Assembly (NCBI GenBank): GCA_041166225.1
Contig: JBEEFT010000184.1
Coordinates: 6,058 to 70,057, forward strand
Source of the DNA: Actinomycetota bacterium
GTDB taxonomy: Bacteria; Actinomycetota; Acidimicrobiia; Acidimicrobiales; JACCXE01
Length of the DNA stretch: 64,000 nt
Reading direction: 5' to 3'
In this document: one piece after another, positions 19,105 through 27,180 of the stretch
How the letters are laid out: each line of letters begins with the position of its first letter
Numbering within the stretch: the first letter of the stretch is position 1
The notes under the pieces: generated by a model
Told to the model about the DNA's origin: nothing
Databases searched by the model: none
What the model saw: only the letters and a program-made list of their open reading frames with translations
Made by a program: the position numbers and the translations under genes

Positions 19105-19536
19105 TCATTCGGGTGGCGCCGCCGTGGGGTTGTCGTTCACTTCCTGCAGGATCCACAGGTTGTCGTCGGGATCGCTGATCTCGGCGTATGTGCCGTAGCG
19201 GGCGCGATCGGGGTGCGGACCGTCGCCCCGACCCGTGGCTCCGAAGTGGTACAGATCGCCGACGTTCACGCCGCGGTCGACGAGCCAGTCGCGGGCCGCA
19301 ACGATGTCGGTGACGCACAGGTGCATGCCCTTGAAGAGCCCGGCGCTCGACGCGTCGGAAATGCCGCGGCCGATCGTGACCGAACACGCTGAACCCGGCG
19401 GGGTCATTTGCACGACGCGCACCGGGCCCATGTCGTGGTCTACGTCGAGGGTCCAACCCATCTTGTCGACGTAGAACTCCTTGGAACGATCCACGTCGGT
19501 GACGGGCAGCGTGATGAGTTCGAAGCTGAAGTTCAT
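19105..19536 (-). CDS. VOC/glyoxalase-family protein
   Basis: MNFSFELITLPVTDVDRSKEFYVDKMGW...ISDPDDNLWILQE. The ATG at 19536 overlaps the upstream stop (ATGA). Confidence 0.8.
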   Translation of the reverse strand: MNFSFELITLPVTDVDRSKEFYVDKMGWTLDVDHDMGPVRVVQMTPPGSACSVTIGRGISDASSAGLFKGMHLCVTDIVAARDWLVDRGVNVGDLYHFGATGRGDGPHPDRARYGTYAEISDPDDNLWILQEVNDNPTAAPPE

Positions 19537-20291
19537 GAAGCGCTGTACATCAACGAACCCGGCGTCGTGAGCAGCTCGCCGGTCTCGAGCCAAGTCTTCA
19601 ACCCCGACAGAATCATCGGCCAACCGCCATACAGCTCGTCGTTCGCGTCTTCGCGCAACTGGTCGTGCGTGACTTTGAGCAAGCACGAATCGTCACCGAT
19701 CTTGTCGATCTCCCAGGTGACCCGGCTGAAGCCCTCGCTTTTCACCTCTTCGCTCCAGAGCGCCCGCATCGTCTGCACGAGTTTGCGGGGCGGGTCGACC
19801 TCGACGTTCTCGCCTTCGCCGAGTGGAAAGTCACCGGCGTGCATGTCGAAGCGCGATCCCGCCGTGAACTCGCTGTCGACGCGGGCGCCGAAGTTGTACT
19901 TGCTGCGGATGTCGGGGTTCGTGATGGCGTTCCACAACAGCTCGGGTGTGGTGCGGATATAGATCTCGTAGACCTTCTCCATTGTTTTCTCCAGTTCGTG
20001 TTTCAAATCGGTGAGCGTGGCCGCCCATGGTTCGGAGTACTTGCTGACCCACCGCTCGTAAACGAGGCGGATGGGGACGGGATTGAGGAAGTGCAACTTC
20101 TCCCGACCTCGCCGGCGGCTGACGACCAGGTGTGCTTCTTCGAGAATCTTCAAGTGCTTCATCACACCGAAGCGGCTCATTTCGAAGCGTTGCTCGAGTT
20201 GGCCGAGCGTCTGGCCGTCACGACGGAAGAGCTCATCCATGAGCGAACGCCGGGTGGGATCTGCGATCGCTCGGTAGACGTCCTCTTCCAC
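19533..20291 (-). CDS. ArsR-family HTH regulator fused to an SRPBCC/AHSA1-like domain
   Basis: The N-terminal winged HTH is IADPTRRSLMDELFRRDGQTLGQLEQRFEMSRFGVMKHLKILEEAHLV. The C-terminal part, IYIRTTPELLWNAITNPD...VTWEI...LKVTHD, is SRPBCC-like. Confidence 0.8.
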   Translation of the reverse strand: MEEDVYRAIADPTRRSLMDELFRRDGQTLGQLEQRFEMSRFGVMKHLKILEEAHLVVSRRRGREKLHFLNPVPIRLVYERWVSKYSEPWAATLTDLKHELEKTMEKVYEIYIRTTPELLWNAITNPDIRSKYNFGARVDSEFTAGSRFDMHAGDFPLGEGENVEVDPPRKLVQTMRALWSEEVKSEGFSRVTWEIDKIGDDSCLLKVTHDQLREDANDELYGGWPMILSGLKTWLETGELLTTPGSLMYSAS

Positions 20292-20302
20292 TCGACCACC
20301 AT

Positions 20303-20322
20303 ATGTGACCTATAGGTCACAT
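20303..20322. promoter_or_regulatory. 20-bp perfect palindrome, probable operator in the divergent ArsR-like / ada-alkA intergenic region
   Basis: ATGTGACCTA|TAGGTCACAT starts 12 nt upstream of the ArsR-like start (20291) and ends 69 nt upstream of the ada-alkA GTG (20391). Confidence 0.6.
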
Positions 20323-20390
20323 GTCAAGAGGCGGACTGCGGTGTCGGATTTCCGCCAGTTACAGGTGCAGCGGCGTGTCACAGTGCTCGT

Positions 20391-21842
20391 GTGTACGAGG
20401 ACTTCGACCGCTGCTATCGGGCCGTGCAGTCGAAGGACGCCCGCTTCGACGGATGGTTCGTAACCGCGGTCCTCACGACCAAGATCTATTGCCGGCCCAG
20501 TTGTCCGGTGCGCCCGCCGTACGCCAAGAACATTCGGTTTCTGCCGACGGCCGCGGCGGCGCAGGCCGCTGGGTTCCGGGCGTGTAAGCGTTGCCGGCCA
20601 GACGCGTCCCCCGGCTCACCCGAGTGGAACCTGCGAAGCGACGCTGTGGCACGCGCGATGCGCTTGATCGCCGATGGCGTGGTCGACCGCGAGGGCGTAA
20701 CGGGACTCGCGGCTCGCCTCGGCTATTCGACTCGGCAGCTCGAACGTCACCTCGTCGCCGAGGTCGGCGCCGGTCCGTTGGCTGTGGCCCGCGCCCAACG
20801 CGCGCAAACGGCGCGGTTGCTCATCGAGACAAGTGACCTCCCGTTCAGCGCGGTGGCGTTCGGCGCCGGATTTGCGAGCATCCGCCAGTTCAACGACACG
20901 GTGCGCGATGTCTTCGACGCGACGCCGACCACCTTGCGCGAGCGAGCCCGCAAGCGCAACACCCTCCCGACACCCGGTGCGCTGTCGTTTCGTCTCCCGT
21001 TCCGCAAGCCATATGCAGCCGACGCGTTGTTCGGTCGGCTCGTATCGGTCGGCGTACCCGGCGTAGAGGAGTTTCGCGACCGTGCCTACCGGCGCACGCT
21101 GCGTTTGCCGCATGGCAACTGCATCGCCGAGCTCTCGCCCACTCCCGATCACATTGCGTGCCGTCTCATCCTCGACGACGTGCGCGACATCACTACTGCG
21201 ATTGCGCGGTGTCGTCGGATGCTTGACCTCGATGCGGACCCCGAAGCCGTCGACGAGGTGCTCGGCGCCGACCCGTTCCTGAGCGAGCTGGTCGCCAAAC
21301 ACCCCGGTATCCGGATCCGTCGGACCGTCGACGAACACGAAACCGCAGTTCGAGTCGTGCTCGGCCAACAGGTCTCGCTCGGAGCGGCACGCACGCACAC
21401 CGGTCGGCTCGTGGCTTCGTGCGGTGGCCGCATTGCCGATCCCAACGGCGGGCTCACGCACTTGTTCCCATCCTTGGACGAGCTTTGGGAGTTCGACGTG
21501 ACGACATTGCGCATCCCCGCGTCGCGGCAGCGCACCATTCGGGGATTGATCGCAGCGTTGCGGGACGGACGAGTCGTCCTCGATGCCGGTGCGGACTTCG
21601 CGCAAGCGCGGGCTCAACTCGTAGCGCTGCCCGGCATCGGACCCTGGTCGGCCGAGATGATCGCCATGCGCGGCCTGGGAGATCCCGACGCGTTCCCGGC
21701 CACGGACATCGGCGTCACGAACGCGGCGAGCGCGGCCGGGCTCAGCCGTGATGTTGCGAGCTACGCGCACGAGCACTGGCGACCATGGCGGTCGTACGCG
21801 GTTCACTATCTGTGGGCTGCGAATATGAAAGGTGAAACATGA
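20391..21842 (+). CDS. alkA: Ada-AlkA fusion: Ada Zn-finger methylphosphotriester domain, AraC-type HTH and DNA-3-methyladenine glycosylase II
   Basis: The N-terminal part D.RFDG.F..AV.TT.IYCRPSCP...GFRACKRCRP carries the Ada Cys4 site. An AraC-type HTH lies in the middle. The C-terminal AlkA/HhH-GPD region is ...LVALPGIGPWSAEMIAMRGLGDPDAFPATD. Confidence 0.85.
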   Translation: MYEDFDRCYRAVQSKDARFDGWFVTAVLTTKIYCRPSCPVRPPYAKNIRFLPTAAAAQAAGFRACKRCRPDASPGSPEWNLRSDAVARAMRLIADGVVDREGVTGLAARLGYSTRQLERHLVAEVGAGPLAVARAQRAQTARLLIETSDLPFSAVAFGAGFASIRQFNDTVRDVFDATPTTLRERARKRNTLPTPGALSFRLPFRKPYAADALFGRLVSVGVPGVEEFRDRAYRRTLRLPHGNCIAELSPTPDHIACRLILDDVRDITTAIARCRRMLDLDADPEAVDEVLGADPFLSELVAKHPGIRIRRTVDEHETAVRVVLGQQVSLGAARTHTGRLVASCGGRIADPNGGLTHLFPSLDELWEFDVTTLRIPASRQRTIRGLIAALRDGRVVLDAGADFAQARAQLVALPGIGPWSAEMIAMRGLGDPDAFPATDIGVTNAASAAGLSRDVASYAHEHWRPWRSYAVHYLWAANMKGET

Positions 21843-22345
21843 AGCGGCACGAAACCCCTGTCACCCGATCGCGCACGATCGACAGCCCGGTCGGGCCGAT
21901 CACCCTGGGCGGCGACGACGACGTGCTGACTCGACTCGTAATGCACGAGCAACGCCACGCACCCGTCGGCCTCGTCACGTGGCCCGAAGACCGCAACGCA
22001 TTCGGCGATGTCGTCGACCAGCTCAAGGCCTATTGGGCTGGTGATCTCACCGAGTTCGACGTGGACATGCGCCTCGAAGGCACTGAATTCCAACGCCGCG
22101 TGTGGGACGGACTGCGCCAGATCCCTTACGGCGAGACGTGGTCATACGGTCGCCTCGCTGCGCACGTTGGCGCCCACGGCGCGCAGCGCGCCGTCGGCTT
22201 GGCCAACGGCAAGAACCCAATTGCGATCATCGTGCCGTGCCACCGGGTGATCGGCTCCACCGGATCCCTCGTGGGGTACGGGGGCGGGCTGGATCGCAAG
22301 ATGTTCCTGCTCGCGCTCGAACAGGCGACCGACCGCCTGTTTTAG
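21839..22345 (+). CDS. ogt: Methylated-DNA--protein-cysteine methyltransferase
   Basis: The active site is IIVPCHRVIGSTGSLVGYGGG. The ATGA overlaps the ada-alkA stop. Confidence 0.9.
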   Translation: MKRHETPVTRSRTIDSPVGPITLGGDDDVLTRLVMHEQRHAPVGLVTWPEDRNAFGDVVDQLKAYWAGDLTEFDVDMRLEGTEFQRRVWDGLRQIPYGETWSYGRLAAHVGAHGAQRAVGLANGKNPIAIIVPCHRVIGSTGSLVGYGGGLDRKMFLLALEQATDRLF

Positions 22346-22833
22346 ATATCGGCAGCCACGAGTTTCCCGGTGCGAACGTCGAATGTGAATCCCGCGATTT
22401 CGGTCGAGGTCGGGATCAGCGGGCAGGCACGCAAGCGCGCGATGTCGTCTCGCAGCGCGCTCGCCTGATCGGTCATCGCCAAAAACGTGAAGCCCGATGC
22501 GTCGACGCCGCCTGCCTCGGTGACGCGCTGCGCCACCTGTTCGTCGGTCGCGCCCGCCATCGCACACTCGGTGTGCTGGACCACACAGATGCGCCGTACG
22601 TCGAGCAGGTTCACGGCCAGGATCAACGAGCGCAGCGCGTCGTCGGTGACGCGCGCACCCGCATTGCGCACGATCTTGGCGTCGCCCGGTTTCAACCCGA
22701 GCATCGCCAGAGGATCTATGCGGGAGTCGATACAGGTCAGCACGGCCAGGCCCTTGGCCGCTTTTCCCTTTACGCCCGAGTCGTGAAACTGCTCGGCGTA
22801 CGTGCGGTTGGCGTCAATGAGGTCGTCGAACAT
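22342..22833 (-). CDS. Beta-class carbonic anhydrase
   Basis: MFDDLIDANRTYAEQF...LTCIDSRIDP...VVQHTECAM contains the beta-CA Zn ligands Cys, His and Cys (CxDxR and HxxC motifs). Only the last 163 codons of the 398-aa track ORF look protein-like. Confidence 0.85.
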   Translation of the reverse strand: MFDDLIDANRTYAEQFHDSGVKGKAAKGLAVLTCIDSRIDPLAMLGLKPGDAKIVRNAGARVTDDALRSLILAVNLLDVRRICVVQHTECAMAGATDEQVAQRVTEAGGVDASGFTFLAMTDQASALRDDIARLRACPLIPTSTEIAGFTFDVRTGKLVAADI

Positions 22834-22926
22834 CGGCTCAGTTTTTACTAGGACGCGACCGCTTCGATAACAACCCCACGCCGGCCCGCCCTGATCCTCG
22901 CCGGGGGCTCGGGCAACATAGGGCGC

Positions 22927-23589
22927 GTGACGCCGCATCGATGGTTGGCCGTGTGGTTGGCCGCGATGACGTTGGTCGGCCTGCTCGCGAGCGTTGTGTT
23001 GAGTCCGCTGCACGCGAAGAACCCGAAGCTCGAGGTCGAACTCGTGGCGATGGCACACGCGGCGCGCGACGTTCGGTTGGTCCCGACGCCGGATCGACGG
23101 ATCGTCATTCGAGGTGGACCGGCGCCGCTTCCGACGATCCCGTCGCCTGAAGCTGTCAATGAGATCACGCGGACAAACAGCGTTCGACTGAAAGCGATCG
23201 TCGACCGCTACGGGTGGCCGGGCAAAAAGCTGGCCGGCGAAGACGGCGCGCATGCCGCGTGGGAAGTGTTGATCGCCGCACCCGACGTCGCGTTGCACCA
23301 GCGGTCGTTCGCGCTGATGCAACCGATGCGGAACCAGGTGCGGAAGCTGGACTTCGCTTATCTCACCGACGTCGTCGCCGTGGAGAACGATCAACCTCAG
23401 ACGTATGGCACGCAGTGGACGTGTCGCAGTGGCCACCTCGTTTTGACGACGCCGGTGCGAGATCGCCCGGGCGTGGACGCGCGGCGTAAGGCGGTCGGGC
23501 TCCCGCCGCTCGGTGCGAATTACCTGCAAATTCTGCACGGCTTCAGCGACAACAAACCGGGGTGTTTCAGCCGATTACCTCGGGGGTGA
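22927..23589 (+). CDS. Hypothetical membrane-anchored protein (DUF6624-like, tentative)
   Basis: An N-terminal TM helix is followed by ..IVDRYGWPGKKLAGEDGAHAAWEVLIAAPDVALHQRSFALMQ...YLTDVVAVENDQPQTYGTQW. Confidence 0.5.
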   Translation: MTPHRWLAVWLAAMTLVGLLASVVLSPLHAKNPKLEVELVAMAHAARDVRLVPTPDRRIVIRGGPAPLPTIPSPEAVNEITRTNSVRLKAIVDRYGWPGKKLAGEDGAHAAWEVLIAAPDVALHQRSFALMQPMRNQVRKLDFAYLTDVVAVENDQPQTYGTQWTCRSGHLVLTTPVRDRPGVDARRKAVGLPPLGANYLQILHGFSDNKPGCFSRLPRG

Positions 23590-23591
23590 CC

Positions 23592-23612
23592 CTATACCCC
23601 CCTGGGGTATAG
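23592..23612. promoter_or_regulatory. CsoR-type operator (inverted repeat CTATACCCC-CCT-GGGGTATAG)
   Basis: A 9-bp perfect inverted repeat with a G/C-tract core ends 8 nt upstream of the csoR ATG. It has the same architecture as the TACCC..GGGTA operators described for CsoR-family repressors. Confidence 0.7.
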
Positions 23613-23619
23613 TGCTGAG

Positions 23620-23895
23620 ATGGCCGGTTACAGCGATAGCAAAGACGTCGTCGGCAAGCGCCTGCGGCGCATCGAGGGGCAAGTACGCGGGTTGCAGCGC
23701 ATGGTGGAAGAAGACACGTACTGCATTGACGTGCTGACGCAGGTGTCTGCGGTGACCAAAGCGTTGCAGGCAGTCGCGCTCGAACTGCTCGACGACCACC
23801 TTTCCCATTGCGTGCGCGACGCCGTCGGTACCAGCGACATCGATGCGAAGGTGGCCGAAGCATCGGCGGCTATCGCGCGGTTGGTGAAGTCATGA
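23620..23895 (+). CDS. csoR: CsoR/RcnR-family metal-sensing repressor (Cu-type C-H-C ligands present)
   Basis: LRRIEGQVRGLQRMVEEDTYCIDVLTQVSAVTKAL..VALELLDDHLSHCV. The Cys in YCID and the H-x3-C match the CsoR Cu(I) site. Confidence 0.85.
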   Translation: MAGYSDSKDVVGKRLRRIEGQVRGLQRMVEEDTYCIDVLTQVSAVTKALQAVALELLDDHLSHCVRDAVGTSDIDAKVAEASAAIARLVKS

Positions 23896-25220
23896 CCCGC
23901 ACCGGCGCGTTCGGCCCCGACGTGTGGGAGGCCGTGAAAATGGCGTTCTTCATGATGTGGGAGACGCTTTGGGCGTTGGTGCTCGGCTTCGGCCTGTCCG
24001 GAGTGGTGCAGGCTTTCGTTCCCCGTGAGTCGATGGAGCGACGGTTCGGTCGTCATAACCCGCGGGCAGTGGTGGAGGCGACGGGCCTTGGGATGATCTC
24101 GTCGTCGTGCTCGTATGCAGCGACGGCGATGGCCAAGTCGCTGTTTCAGAAAGGCGCCGACTTTCTCACCGCGATGGTGTTCATGTTCGCGAGCACCAAC
24201 CTCGTGCTCGAACTGGGGATCGTCCTGTTCGTGTTGATGGGCTGGAAGTTCGCACTCGCCGAGTTCATCGGTGGGCCGATCATGATCGTGTTGCTGGTGC
24301 TGATCGGCGCCGTTGTGTTCACGCGCCGGGCGACAGAAGCGGCGCGCGAACGATTGGTCGCGGCGGCGCCGGGTGCGGCGGCGCACGAGCATGGACTGCT
24401 GCGGTCGCGTGCGGCCTGGAGCGACGCCGCGCGGTACACCCTCGCCGATCTCACGATGCTGCGAAAGGAGTTGGTGATCGGTTACGGCGTGGCCGGCGTG
24501 ATCACCGTGTTCGTTTCGCACGACGTGTGGAACAAGGTGTTCTTCGTCGGGCACGGGGTGTGGACACCGATCGAAAACGCGATCGTGGGCCCGTTCATCG
24601 CCATCGTGAGTTTCGTGTGCTCGATCGGCAACGTCCCGTTGGCTGCCGCGCTGTGGCACGGCGGGCTCGGCTTCGGCGGAGTGGTCGCGTTCATTTTCGC
24701 CGACCTGATCACGTTGCCGTTGCTGCTCATCTACAGGAAGTACTACGGCACTGCGCTGACCCTGAAGTTGCTGGCGGTCTTCTGGATCGTGATGGTGATC
24801 GCGGGCCTTGCGGTGCACGGGCTGTTCTCGCTCGCGCACGCCGTCCCGGCGCCGCCGTTTCACGGCGACTTCGCCCACCCCCGCTTTAGCTGGAACTACA
24901 CGACGTATCTGAACTTCATTTTCCTCGCGGTGTTCGCAGGCATCCTGTGGCTGTCACGCCGAAGCCGCGAAAGCAGTTCGGGTTACGCCATCGATCCCGT
25001 GTGCGGCATGCAGGTGCAGACGGCGAACGCTCCGGCCCACCGCCGGTACGCGGGACACGACGCGTGGTTCTGCTCCGACCGGTGCGCCGAACGCTTCGAC
25101 CGCGAGCCCGAGAAGTACCTACAGGGCGGCGGCGGCCTCGATGACCGCGGCGACGATGCCGTCCCAATCAGCCTCGGGTTGACGCGTGACCGTCACGAAG
25201 TCGACCACGCCGAAGATTGA
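23892..25220 (+). CDS. Multi-pass permease (DUF318/ArsP-like) fused to a C-terminal YHS/TRASH metal-binding domain, a putative Cu transporter
   Basis: The ATG at 23892 overlaps the csoR stop (ATGA). There are about 8 or more TM helices, with conserved SSSCSYA and CSIGNVPLAAALW motifs. The C-terminal sequence IDPVCGMQVQ....AWFCSDRCAERF is a YHS domain. Confidence 0.75.
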   Translation: MTRTGAFGPDVWEAVKMAFFMMWETLWALVLGFGLSGVVQAFVPRESMERRFGRHNPRAVVEATGLGMISSSCSYAATAMAKSLFQKGADFLTAMVFMFASTNLVLELGIVLFVLMGWKFALAEFIGGPIMIVLLVLIGAVVFTRRATEAARERLVAAAPGAAAHEHGLLRSRAAWSDAARYTLADLTMLRKELVIGYGVAGVITVFVSHDVWNKVFFVGHGVWTPIENAIVGPFIAIVSFVCSIGNVPLAAALWHGGLGFGGVVAFIFADLITLPLLLIYRKYYGTALTLKLLAVFWIVMVIAGLAVHGLFSLAHAVPAPPFHGDFAHPRFSWNYTTYLNFIFLAVFAGILWLSRRSRESSSGYAIDPVCGMQVQTANAPAHRRYAGHDAWFCSDRCAERFDREPEKYLQGGGGLDDRGDDAVPISLGLTRDRHEVDHAED

Positions 25221-25349
25221 CGCGACGCCGGGCGTAGCGAGGATCGCCTGTCCGAATGCGCTCGCTTCGAGATCGTCGGGCACGGTCGTGTCGAGCGTGA
25301 ACTTCATCGCGTTTGGATTGGGGGTCGGCGACGGCGAGGCAGATGCCAT
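25119..25349 (-). CDS. Nfu/NifU N-terminal-domain-like small protein
   Basis: [20 protein letters not shown]...[25 protein letters not shown] carries the TPNPN..KF and DF.TVT..DW hallmarks. The start at 25349 has AAAGG upstream. Confidence 0.65.
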   Translation of the reverse strand: MASASPSPTPNPNAMKFTLDTTVPDDLEASAFGQAILATPGVASIFGVVDFVTVTRQPEADWDGIVAAVIEAAAAL

Positions 25350-25373
25350 GCGACGAGTCTTACCTTTCAGGCG

Positions 25374-25394
25374 ACAATACAAGTACAATACAAG
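25374..25394 (+). promoter_or_regulatory. Tandem ACAATACAAG x2 containing a TACAAT -10-like hexamer, a possible promoter of a leaderless mRNA
   Basis: The sequence is ACAATACAAG-T-ACAATACAAG. TACAAT (25384-25389) ends 7 nt before the GTG at 25397, and no SD is present. Confidence 0.4.
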
Positions 25395-25396
25395 CT

Positions 25397-26356
25397 GTGC
25401 GCGTCTCGATCCTCGACGATTACTTCGACACATTGCGGACACTGCCGTGCTTCGACAAGCTCGCCGGTCACGACGTCACCGTGTGGACCGACCACGCGCA
25501 GGAACTGGACGTGCTTGCGGATCGGTTGCGCGACACCGAAGCGCTCGTACTCATCCGTGAGCGCACGCAGATCGACGCGGCTTTGCTCGAGCGGTTGCCG
25601 AAGCTTCGGTTGATCAGCCAGCGCTCGGTCTTCCCGCACATCGATATCGACGCGTGTTCCCGGCTCGGCATAGTCGTGTCGTCCGACTTGCACGCAGGTT
25701 CGCCGTCGTACGCGACGGCCGAGCTCACCTGGGCGCTCGTGCTAGCGGGCATGCGCCGCCTGCCCCAGCAAGTCGCGTCGATGAAGGCCGGTTCCTGGCA
25801 GGCGGGCATGGGTCAGTCGGTGCTTTTCAAGACGCTCGGTGTGTACGGCTACGGCCGCATCGGCAAAGTAGTCGCCGATTACGGCCGCGCCTTCGGGATG
25901 GAGGTGCAGGTCTGGGCCAGCGAGCAGTCGCGCGCCCGCGCCGCCAGCGATGGGTGGCGGGTGGCGGAGTCGAGGGACGCGTTCTTCGCGACGTCTGACG
26001 TCGTGTCGCTGCACATGCGACTGGTCGACGCGACGCGCGGCATCGTTGCCGCGCGTGACCTGGCGGCGATGAAACCGACCGCGCTCATTGTCAACACGAG
26101 TCGCGCCGGATTGATAGAACCGGGCGCGTTGGTGCGCGCGTTACAGGCCGGCCATCCCGGTGCGGCCGCGGTCGACGTTTACGAGCGCGAGCCGGTCACC
26201 GATGTCGACGACCCGCTGCTGCAGCTCGACAACGCGATCTGCACGCCGCACATCGGCTACGTCACCGTCGACGAGTGGGAACTGCAATTCCGCGACGTGT
26301 TCGATCAGATCAACGCGTTTGCGGCGGGAAGTCCGATCAACGTCGTGAACCCTTAG
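25397..26356 (+). CDS. D-isomer-specific 2-hydroxyacid dehydrogenase family protein
   Basis: [24 protein letters not shown] is the NAD-binding motif. ...NTSRAGLIE.. and ..TPHIGYVT.. are the catalytic Arg/Glu/His context. I chose the GTG at 25397 to avoid a divergent overlap with the Nfu-like gene. Confidence 0.8.
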   Translation: MRVSILDDYFDTLRTLPCFDKLAGHDVTVWTDHAQELDVLADRLRDTEALVLIRERTQIDAALLERLPKLRLISQRSVFPHIDIDACSRLGIVVSSDLHAGSPSYATAELTWALVLAGMRRLPQQVASMKAGSWQAGMGQSVLFKTLGVYGYGRIGKVVADYGRAFGMEVQVWASEQSRARAASDGWRVAESRDAFFATSDVVSLHMRLVDATRGIVAARDLAAMKPTALIVNTSRAGLIEPGALVRALQAGHPGAAAVDVYEREPVTDVDDPLLQLDNAICTPHIGYVTVDEWELQFRDVFDQINAFAAGSPINVVNP

Positions 26357-26365
26357 GGTCTCGGC

Positions 26366-26707
26366 GTGGACCCGCGTCATCAGCCTGGCCCGATCGACGT
26401 CCAGCGCGATACCGGCGTCACGATCACGTTCGAGGACGGCTACGTAGCGTCGTTCGACCTGATGACGCTGCGCCTTGCGTGCGCGTGCGCGCAATGCCGT
26501 GGAATGCGCGAGCGCGACATCGAGGTGTGGCCCGCGCCGACCAGCCCGTTGCCGCTGCGGATCGACGACGCCGAGCTGCACGGCGCTTGGGGCATCCGCC
26601 TCATCTGGAACGACGACCACGGCACAGGGATCTTCCCGTTCGCCGCGCTGCGGGAGTGGCACGAGGCCGGCCGCACAGACGCGTTCAGCGACTACGCCAA
26701 TCACTAA
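26366..26707 (+). CDS. DUF971-family protein
   Basis: The C.C..C cysteine cluster (LACACAQCRG) and the ...WNDDHGTGIFPFAALRE tail are typical of DUF971. Confidence 0.65.
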   Translation: MDPRHQPGPIDVQRDTGVTITFEDGYVASFDLMTLRLACACAQCRGMRERDIEVWPAPTSPLPLRIDDAELHGAWGIRLIWNDDHGTGIFPFAALREWHEAGRTDAFSDYANH

Positions 26708-26724
26708 CCGGCCTTCCATACCCT

Positions 26725-26748
26725 CGGGTGTGGTCGAAGCGACACCCG
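26725..26748 (+). terminator. Possible stem-loop terminator (7-bp stem)
   Basis: CGGGTGT-ggtcgaagcg-ACACCCG, 18 nt after the DUF971 stop. It is weak and has no U-tract. Confidence 0.3.
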
Positions 26749-26763
26749 TGAGCGGAATCGGGC

Positions 26764-27171
26764 ATGATGCGAGACATGGCTAGCCAGATCCCGCTCGTCG
26801 ACTACTTGGTTCTCGGCGACAACCCTCACCTCCAGGGCCACAAGTGCACGAGTTGCGGCGCGGTGTTCTTCGATCGCCGCAACGCGTGCGCGTCGTGCTC
26901 CAGCACCGAGTTCAAGCCGACTGAGATTGCGACCGAGGGCGTGCTGCGCACGTTCACCATCGTGTCGCTCGCAGCGCCGGGCGTGCCCACGCCGTTCGTG
27001 GCGGGCGTCATCGACTGTGACGGCGTATCGGTGCGCGGCAACGTGATCAATACCGAGCCCGACCCCGAGCACGTGCAGACCGGCATGAAGCTGCGCCTCG
27101 CCACCTATGTAGTCGGCGCCGACGACGACGGCACCGAGGCCGTCGGTTTCGGTTTCGAGCCCATTTCCTAA
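26764..27171 (+). CDS. DUF35 OB-fold/Zn-ribbon protein (thiolase partner)
   Basis: The Zn ribbon is CTSCGAVFFDRRNACASC, followed by an OB-fold segment. It lies immediately upstream of a thiolase-like gene, which is the usual pairing. Confidence 0.8.
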   Translation: MMRDMASQIPLVDYLVLGDNPHLQGHKCTSCGAVFFDRRNACASCSSTEFKPTEIATEGVLRTFTIVSLAAPGVPTPFVAGVIDCDGVSVRGNVINTEPDPEHVQTGMKLRLATYVVGADDDGTEAVGFGFEPIS

Positions 27172-27180
27172 GGAGACACC

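Noticed and set aside
22834-23538. The N-terminal 235 codons of the 398-aa ORF 22342..23538, considered as a possible fusion to the carbonic anhydrase.
   Set aside because: The upstream part is Arg/Pro-rich nonsense and is antisense to the 22927..23589 gene. The beta-CA domain starts cleanly at MFDDL (ATG 22833).
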